A stretch of DNA of 8,392 bases. It comes from Paraphysomonas bandaiensis (lineage: Eukaryota > Protista > Chrysophyceae). The notes under the pieces were generated by a model, which saw nothing but the letters and a program-made list of their open reading frames with translations, made no database searches and was not told the DNA's origin. Made by a program: the position numbers and the translations under genes. The stretch covers positions 1 to 8,392 of the forward strand of contig CBFFRP010000482.1 of assembly GCA_965644295.1 (NCBI GenBank). The letters are read 5' to 3'. Positions 1-7,514 of this stretch are shown here, piece after piece; position 1 is the stretch's first letter, and every line of letters starts with the position of its first letter.

Positions 1-262
1 TGAGGAGCACACACCACTATACACCACTATGACCACACACTGTTGATAGTCCTCACTCGTGTCTGTGAGTAGAGGCAGCAGCAGAGCCTCTGAATCATGT
101 ACTCATATATGCATATATCCACATCACATTCACTTCGAAGTGACTCAGAGATATACCCCCATATACGCACACGTATACCTATGTATACCATATACACAGT
201 ATACAGAGAATACGTTGATTCACAGTTGTAGTAAAAAGTTTCACATATGCACTCATTATATG
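1..262 (+). mobile_element. Right end of a preceding copy of the same element (cut by the window edge)
   Basis: Identical to 2248-2509. Confidence 0.6.
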
Positions 263-284
263 TATGGACTGCATATGTGAAACT
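237..284. repeat. Perfect 15-bp inverted repeat with 18-bp spacer (candidate recombination junction)
   Basis: agtttcacatatgca (237-251), spacer ctcattatatgtatggac, tgcatatgtgaaact (270-284). Confidence 0.92.
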
Positions 285-316
285 CGGTGGGTTTTTTCCT
301 CATCTAGAAACCCCAC

Positions 317-411
317 CTGTGAAAGGAAATGTTTCACATATGCCTCGAATACGGACAAATGTATAGTAGATAATCATATTCGATGCATATGTGAAATATT
401 TCCTTTCACAG
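317..411. repeat. 35-bp inverted repeat (33/35 match), 25-bp loop, sharing the TTTCACATATGC motif
   Basis: ctgtgaaaggaaatgtttcacatatgcctcgaata (317-351) versus tattcgatgcatatgtgaaatatttcctttcacag (377-411). Confidence 0.92.
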
Positions 412-564
412 AAAAACCGGCACTTTTATATGAGGAAACTACAACTTTATAGGGAAATAGCCACTTTATTAGTTGTAAAACACTGTTAGAATACTCTACT
501 ATTCTCCTTGCACGTCATATCCGTTGGTGGCATATATCAATATTCGACCATACTTACTGCAAAC

Positions 565-1479
565 ATGAGTGAGACAGATTCAGACAAGGAAGAAGAGTTG
601 CCTCAATGGTGAAGAGGAAGTGGCCGTGTACGCCGACAGCCGGTTGTGTCTGTTGACTCCAATGCTGATAATGTATCTGACTATAAGAAGAAACGAACAA
701 AAGCAGGAATGAAAGCAGCATACAAGAAAAAGGTTGGCCATGTTGTAGCGTGGTGTATAACAGAGTACCCTGAAGCTCTGATGATGATGAAAATTTGAAG
801 ATTCCATTCCCGAAAGACATCTCTCTTGAGTACTTCGGCCATCTGTTCACACCGGCTCACGAAGGAGCGAAAGAGGGAAGCTAAGGGCCCCAGATGACAT
901 TCCAGAAAGTGAACCTGACCCCTCTAGTAGATCCCACATTAAGGGATATAGAAGCCCTATTGTCTACTTATATACCTAAGAAATATGAAGCTGGTCGTGG
1001 ATGTAGTCTTAGACTTAGAACTAAGCCAGGCGATACATGGCTATGAGAAAGACATCAATGAACTGAAGAAGAAAGCACTCATGAAACCAGAAGAGGGTAA
1101 AAGTCCATTAAAAATGAATGGCTATAAAATTTTAGCGACGAATATGATGTTGATGGTTCCCTGTGCTATTGCAGGCAGTTAGTCCTATATCTTGTTCATG
1201 TAGGCATATTTTGTACTGATGTGGAATATAATGAGTAGATCTGATTCAGTAGCTTGATTGATGTTTGAATATTTTGACTGGAGAGGTGATGCAACGCTTG
1301 TTCAAGAGCAAGGAGACACAAACTAGACAAAAAAGACTAGTAATGAAACATTCTCTAGTGCGCTGAATATAATTGTGAATCATATCGTAAGTGTTCATAA
1401 GTTAAAGCAGATGGATACAGTTTCGTACGGTAGCTTGTACAATGCAATCTGCAAGTTGAAATGTGTATGGAATTGGTAA
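565..1479 (+). pseudogene. Decayed CryptonS-like tyrosine recombinase: N-terminal half joined to the C-terminal tail, most of the catalytic domain missing
   Basis: Manual translation across about 3 frameshifts (near 780, 870, 980) and stops (610, 1180, 1201, 1255, 1324) gives MSETDSDKEE...YKKKVGHVVAWCITEYPEAL/DDDENLKIPFPKDISLEYFGHL.../SRSHIKGYRSPIVYLY/...GYEKDINELKKKALMKPEEGKSPLKMNGYKILA...LFM*AYFVLMWNIMSRSDSVA*LMFEYFDWRGDATLVQEQG, then ...SNETFSSALN...MDTVSYGSLYNAICK. The motifs GYRS, EGKxPL-x3-GY, WNxMxRSxSV and WxGDA match my recollection of stramenopile Crypton YRs. The Arg at 1237-1239 would be the first catalytic Arg. No HxxR or catalytic Tyr region was found. Confidence 0.78.
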
Positions 1480-1526
1480 ATGACACTTCTTTAAATTTAA
1501 GCAGTATAAATCAAACTCTCTATAAG

Positions 1527-1781
1527 GTCTGATAAATATGTATATATGTTGTCAGTAGATATGTTATAACATTATGTGATATACGATATACTTACATCTA
1601 CATCAGCACCTTCATCTTGATGAAGGATTAATAAACAGCTCTACATTACAGTGTCTGATAAACACTGATAGTAATATATGATATAAGTTGTACGTAAGTG
1701 GATATGTTTGCTATAGCATTATGTAATATACGATATACATCCATCTCTTATCTACGACAGCACATTCATCTTGATGAATGT
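1527..1781. repeat. Old diverged tandem duplication (1527-1626 and 1653-1781), each copy ending in a palindrome
   Basis: Shared blocks occur in the same order: gtctgataaa, gatatgtt, cattatgtRatatacgatatac, cagcacMttcatcttgatgaa. Confidence 0.85.
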
Positions 1782-2483
1782 TATATGTAAACCTCAGTCA
1801 TATTTACAGGACACAACAGATCATTACGAATGATACAGTATTAGGAGTCATATGGTCGACAGTTTCGTCACTGGTTGGGTCGTAAGAGGCGTCCCTATAC
1901 CACATACATACACTCTCACCACCCCCACAACTCATCCACACTCTCATATTACTCATATGCTATCCTTATAGAGGAAGTCCTCATATGGACGATCACCACC
2001 AGCTCCACTAACAACAGCGTCACAGTCTTCTAACGGATACACATGCTTCCACAGCACCATTAATGCAGATACACCATATAAAATAACATACTCATGGGCG
2101 CATTAGTGGTGAACGCTTCTGGTTCAGTTATATGACTATTCAGGGTGCTCCATGCGGTCTATGCATGTATGTGTGTGGGTGTTCTGTATGTATATGTGTG
2201 TATCTGCTGCGGTAGTATTCATATGATCATACGAGTCTCTCTCCTCATGAGGAGCACACACCACTATACACCACTATGACCACACACTGTTGATAGTCCT
2301 CACTCGTGTCTGTGAGTAGAGGCAGCAGCAGAGCCTCTGAATCATGTACTCATATATGCATATATCCACATCACATTCACTTCGAAGTGACTCAGAGATA
2401 TACCCCCATATACGCACACGTATACCTATGTATACCATATACACAGTATACAGAGAATACGTTGATTCACAGTTGTAGTAAAA

Positions 2484-2531
2484 AGTTTCACATATGCACT
2501 CATTATATGTATGGACTGCATATGTGAAACT
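2484..2531. repeat. Copy of the 15-bp inverted repeat junction
   Basis: Same as 237-284 at offset +2247. Confidence 0.92.
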
Positions 2532-2563
2532 CGGTGGGTTTTTTCCTCATCTAGAAACCCCAC

Positions 2564-2658
2564 CTGTGAAAGGAAATGTTTCACATATGCCTCGAATACG
2601 GACAAATGTATAGTAGATAATCATATTCGATGCATATGTGAAATATTTCCTTTCACAG
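2564..2658. repeat. Copy of the 35-bp inverted repeat
   Basis: Same as 317-411 at offset +2247. Confidence 0.92.
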
Positions 2659-2811
2659 AAAAACCGGCACTTTTATATGAGGAAACTACAACTTTATAGG
2701 GAAATAGCCACTTTATTAGTTGTAAAACACTGTTAGAATACTCTACTATTCTCCTTGCACGTCATATCCGTTGGTGGCATATATCAATATTCGACCATAC
2801 TTACTGCAAAC

Positions 2812-3536
2812 ATGAGTGAGACAGATTCAGACAAGGAAGAAGAGTTGCCTCAATGGTGAAGAGGAAGTGGCCGTGTACGCCGACAGCCGGTTGTGTCTGT
2901 TGACTCCAATGCTGATAATGTATCTGACTATAAGAAGAAACGAACAAAAGCAGGAATGAAAGCAGCATACAAGAAAAAGGTTGGCCATGTTGTAGCGTGG
3001 TGTATAACAGAGTACCCTGAAGCTCTGATGATGATGAAAATTTGAAGATTCCATTCCCGAAAGACATCTCTCTTGAGTACTTCGGCCATCTGTTCACACC
3101 GGCTCACGAAGGAGCGAAAGAGGGAAGCTAAGGGCCCCAGATGACATTCCAGAAAGTGAACCTGACCCCTCTAGTAGATCCCACATTAAGGGATATAGAA
3201 GCCCTATTGTCTACTTATATACCTAAGAAATATGAAGCTGGTCGTGGATGTAGTCTTAGACTTAGAACTAAGCCAGGCGATACATGGCTATGAGAAAGAC
3301 ATCAATGAACTGAAGAAGAAAGCACTCATGAAACCAGAAGAGGGTAAAAGTCCATTAAAAATGAATGGCTATAAAATTTTAGCGACGAATATGATGTTGA
3401 TGGTTCCCTGTGCTATTGCAGGCAGTTAGTCCTATATCTTGTTCATGTAGGCATATTTTGTACTGATGTGGAATATAATGAGTAGATCTGATTCAGTAGC
3501 TTGATTGATGTTTGAATATTTTGACTGGAGAGGTGA
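2812..3536 (+). pseudogene. Second copy of the Crypton-like YR pseudogene, truncated at the WRGD motif
   Basis: Identical to 565-1289, with the same stops and frameshifts. Confidence 0.76.
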
Positions 3537-3731
3537 GTGAGTAGAGGCAGCAGCAGAGCCTCTGAATCATGTACTCATATATGCATATATCCACATCACA
3601 TTCACTTCGAAGTGACTCAGAGATATACCCCCATATACGCACACGTATACCTATGTATACCATATACACAGTATACAGAGAATACGTTGATTCACAGTTG
3701 TAGTAAAAAGTTTCACATATGCACTCATTAT
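3537..3731. repeat. Third partial copy of the unit (equals 65-259 and 2312-2506)
   Basis: gtgagtagaggcagcagc...gcactcattat matches 65-259 at offset 3472, then switches into (TATG)n. Confidence 0.96.
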
Positions 3732-4307
3732 GTGTGTATGTATGTATGTATGTATGTATGTATGTATGTATGTATGTATGTATGTATGTATGTATGTATG
3801 TATGTATGTAGTATGTATGTATGTATGTATGTATGTATGTATGTATGTATGTATGTATGTATGTATGTATGTATGTATGTATGTATGTATGTATGTATGT
3901 ATGTATGTATGTATGTATGTATGTATGTATGTATGTATGTATGTATGTATGTATGTATGTATGTATGTATGTATGTATGTATGTATGTATGTATGTATGT
4001 ATGTATGTATGTATGTATGTATGTATGTATGTATGTATGTATGTATGTATGTATGTATGTATGTATGTATGTATGTATGTATGTATGTATGTATGTATGT
4101 ATGTATGTATGTATGTATGTATGTATGTATGTATGTATGTATGTATGTATGTATGTATGTATGTATGTATGTATGTATGTATGTATGTATGTATGTATGT
4201 ATGTATGTATGTATGTATGTATGTATGTATGTATGTATGTATGTATGTATGTATGTATGTATGTATGTATGTATGTATGTATGTATGTATGTATGTATGT
4301 ATGTATG

Positions 4308-4339
<32 letters not shown>

Positions 4340-5002
4340 TGTATGTATGTATGTATGTATGTATGTATGTATGTATGTATGTATGTATGTATGTATGTAT
4401 GTATGTATGTATGTATGTAGGTATGTATGTATGTATGTATGTATGTATGTATGTATGTATGTATGTATGTATGTATGTATGTATGTATGTATGTATGTAT
4501 GTATGTATGTATGTATGTATGTATGTATGTATGTATGTATGTATGTATGTATGTATGTATGTATGTATTTTATGTATGTATGTATGTATTTTATGTATGT
4601 ATGTATGTATGTATGTATGTATGTATGTATGTATGTATGTATGTATGTATGTATGTATGTATGTAGGTAGGTAGGTAGGTAGGTAGGTAGGTAGGTAGGT
4701 AGGTAGGTAGGTATGTATGTATGTATGTATGTATGTATGTATGTATGTATGTATGTATGTATGTATGTATGTATGTATGTATGTATGTATGTATGTATGT
4801 ATGTATGTATGTATGTATGTATGTATGTATGTATGTATGTATGTATGTATGTATGTATGTATGTATGTATGTATGTATGTATGTATGTATGTATGTATGT
4901 ATGTATGTATGTATGTATGTATGTATGTATGTATGTATGTATGTATGTATGTATGTATGTATGTATGTATGTATGTATGTATGTATGTATGTATGTATGT
5001 AT
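3732..5002. repeat. (TATG)n microsatellite, about 1.27 kb, with few interruptions
   Basis: Read directly. Interruptions near 3810, 4310, 4418-4421 (TAGG), 4566 and 4587 (TATTT), and 4664-4711. Confidence 0.99.
4664..4711. repeat. (TAGG)12 block embedded in phase within the (TATG)n tract
   Basis: Read directly: 48 bp. Confidence 0.97.
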
Positions 5003-5520
5003 ATTATGACCATTTGCTTGATGGCATTCTGAGTATTTAACTCTAGAACTGTCAATTTGGGCTGTTACAGAGCCTCTAGATGCATTTAAGCGGACGGGTG
5101 TACCGGAAACTTCTACATTGCTGGGCATGCATCACCTATTTGAGTAGCAAGAGATTAGCACAAAGATATTATATGAAGAGGAGATCGGGAGCGTATTGTA
5201 TAATGGAGCATTTTCGACTTGAAGATTCATCAGGACTGGATTTTGCTTGATTTGTCAATAAGGATTCTTCTGTGGGACTCCTGCAGGCCGCTCATATTGA
5301 GAATAATCATGAGAATGAAAGGCGAGAGAGGGTAATGTGCAGCTGTGCTGCAATTTTTCTTCAGTAGTTACGTAAGAGAGGTGGGAAAAGGTTGTGTAAC
5401 GCTGTGGCGTTAAACTATTATTCCTGTGATTGAGATCTGGCTGTTGCTAGCTACGGGTCGGAGCGAGTTGTGCTTATGTGGGCTACGTTAGGACGAGTGA
5501 GACCTTTTACTATTGATATG

Positions 5521-5930
5521 CTATGTGTGTGTGTATCATATTTACTGACATGCTTGTACATGTATATTACACATCATCACTTTACATTCAGTGTGTTACA
5601 CTATTATCATGCTTATTACACCACTCACATCACATTACTGCTATACCTATGTATCACTTACATTGTATGCACTTACACTTACCACTATACCACCCGCGCC
5701 ACACATATGACATACATTATACATCTTATACATTGTTGCATACATACTACACTTCACACATATAACACTATATGCGGCGCTGGTACTGATTCTTCTCTAG
5801 CTACAGATAGAAAGAATTAGATATCAATAATTCAAATATGTGTACATCCATACCTTATACTTTCTATATATGAATGTACATTACCATCTATATCCATCAT
5901 TACACTCTTATTACCTTGCATACTATAGCA
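5521..5930. other. Low-complexity, G-poor CA/TA-rich tract
   Basis: Recurring tacat, cac and tta words with very few G on the + strand. Overlapping ORFs are H/Y/T/I-biased. Confidence 0.7.
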
Positions 5931-6625
5931 ATATTGTACAGTAAAATAATAACTCATTACTTAGATATGAAACCTGGTGAAATCGCTTTGCCAGGTTTTG
6001 GTATTACCTCGACTTCTAGTAGTGTATTATATTGAAGGATGACAGTAGATGCAAAAATAGAATGAGCTTTTATGCAGTTAAAAGCCGCAGGGTCAGTCAA
6101 AAATATAAATATATTGCAATTATACCCTCAACAAAGTCGGACTCGCACATTTTCGTGGTGTTCTGGGGGATAAGTACCGGAGAGATTCTCTCTGGGAAAC
6201 TAACGAGAGCCGCAAACATAATCAGCTAATATTCTTCTGCCCACTCATAGCCGAATGCTTGTGTGGTACAAGGGACACCAAAAAGTGTCACTTGTGTAGA
6301 CGTCTTTTTGGGTCCTGACGAATAAGCAGGCATCCGGGACAGGGCCCACCTCAAGGGTAACCGGGGTATTGGGCTGCCTGCTGAAGTCAAGCATCCGGGA
6401 TGTTCACCTTAAGAACTCAGAGCGGAGGTGGTCGCACCTTGGTGTTTGCGGCGACGCAGAAGCAGTTTCCGTAGCGCTAAATAGTAGGATAAAGAAAGTG
6501 TGTACTGATTAGTTACAGGTAGAGGTCTAACTAGTTTGTCTAGCATTCATCTAGCTACTAAGTTGGTGCAGATTTTTAACGCCTATTGCTAAAAATAAGA
6601 CATTCAATATCATCGGTGGGCTATA

Positions 6626-7322
6626 TTAGGTACCAATAGGTACTTCGAACTTCCTATAGGTAGTTCATGCATACCTATTAGGTACATACCTATTAGGTAC
6701 CTACCTGTAGGTATTCCTAGCGACCCTACCTATAGGTAGGTGCCTATGTCTCACCACCTATAGGTACCATAAAATCATACCTATAGGTACCTCGACCGTA
6801 GGTAATACCTATAGGTTAATTGTCATCTACCTATAGGTGCTAGCCCACATTCCCTATAGGGACCATAACACCATACCTATAGGTACCTCAGACGTAGGTA
6901 ATACCTATAGGTTAATTGTCATCTACCTATAGGTGCTAGCCCACATTACCTATAGGTGTCTCAGCCCTAGGTATTACCTATAGGTTAGTTGTCATCTACC
7001 TATAGGTATCTCGGCCCTAGGCATTACCTATAGGTTAATTGTCATCTCCCTATAGGTGCTAGCGCACATTCCCTATAGGAACCATAACATCATACGTATA
7101 GGTACCTCAGCCGTAGGTATTACCTATAGGTACCATAACATCATACCTATAGGTACCTCTGTCGCAGGCATTACCTATAGGTTAATTGTCATCTACCTAT
7201 AGGTGCTAGCGCACATTCCCTATAGGAACCATAACATCATACGTATAGGTACCTCAGCCGTAGGTAATACCTATAGCTTAGTTGTCATCTACCTATAGGT
7301 GCTAGCCCACATTACCTATAAG
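6626..7322. repeat. Modular palindromic array: CCTATAGG cores with four spacer types; 96-bp higher-order unit
   Basis: 24 cores (4 with one mismatch) and 23 spacers between 6757 and 7322. A more irregular TACCTA/TAGGTA cluster occupies 6626-6756. Confidence 0.95.
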
Positions 7323-7514
7323 AAGTATAGCCTATCTACCTAGGACGGATAAAGCATTGTGCCTATATGGCTAGCAATCAATTCCATTACCAGTAAGTTG
7401 TACTATAGTTGTGAATAATGACTATTCACGTCACTTAAATAAGCAGGGGAATATAAATTATAGAATTACATACCGTCACCTTCACTATCAGAGCCACTGG
7501 CACTAGATATACTA

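Larger units (their letters stand above)
263..2509 (+). mobile_element. Non-autonomous Crypton-like (tyrosine recombinase) DNA transposon, one complete array unit
   Basis: Contains the YR pseudogene at 565-1479. Bounded by identical IR-spacer-IR junctions at 237-284 and 2484-2531, each with TATGG in the spacer. Boundaries are inferred to within a few bp. Confidence 0.65.
1..3536. repeat. Tandem direct repeat, period 2247 bp (1-1289 repeated at 2248-3536)
   Basis: The sequence from 2248 (tgaggagcacacacc...) matches position 1 onward. Five ORFs recur with identical translation at offset +2247. Identity ends after ...gagaggtga (1289/3536). No differences were seen by eye. Confidence 0.97.
2510..3731 (+). 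mobile_element. Second, internally deleted copy of the same element (lacks 1022 bp equivalent to 1290-2311), ending at the microsatellite
   Basis: 2510-3536 matches the left part of the unit and 3537-3731 matches its right end, including the arm agtttcacatatgca at 3709-3723. Confidence 0.65.

Noticed and set aside
59-452. Short ORFs 59-280 and 264-452 (and copies)
   Set aside because: They cross low-complexity and inverted-repeat DNA, have biased composition and show no recognisable motif.
554-850. Minus-strand ORFs 554-850 and 580-807 (and copies at 2801-3097, 2827-3054)
   Set aside because: They are antisense shadows of the recombinase pseudogene.
1609-1800. Helitron 3' end hairpins
   Set aside because: No CTRR terminus follows at the expected short distance, and the hairpins are not GC-rich.
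2241-2254. Palindrome as the true boundary of the 2247-bp unit
   Set aside because: The apparent boundary only reflects where the window starts. The only observed element-to-flank transition is at about 3731.
4664-4711. (TAGG)n as a telomeric repeat or as related to the TAGGTA array at 6626-7322
   Set aside because: It is in phase with TATG and one substitution away from it, it is internal, and it lacks the palindromic core. Local slippage is sufficient.
3537-5128. Long ORFs of MYVC/IHTY repeats (up to 466 aa)
   Set aside because: They are translations of the stop-free (TATG)n microsatellite, open in most frames.
5470-5820. His/Tyr/Thr-rich ORFs
   Set aside because: They are a by-product of the CA/TA-rich low-complexity tract.
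6315-6345. CTGACGA resembling a hammerhead ribozyme core
   Set aside because: There is no correctly placed stem II followed by GAAA.
6757-7322. CRISPR array
   Set aside because: The repeat core is only 8-12 bp, spacers are 14-20 bp and recur as four types instead of being unique, and no cas genes are visible.
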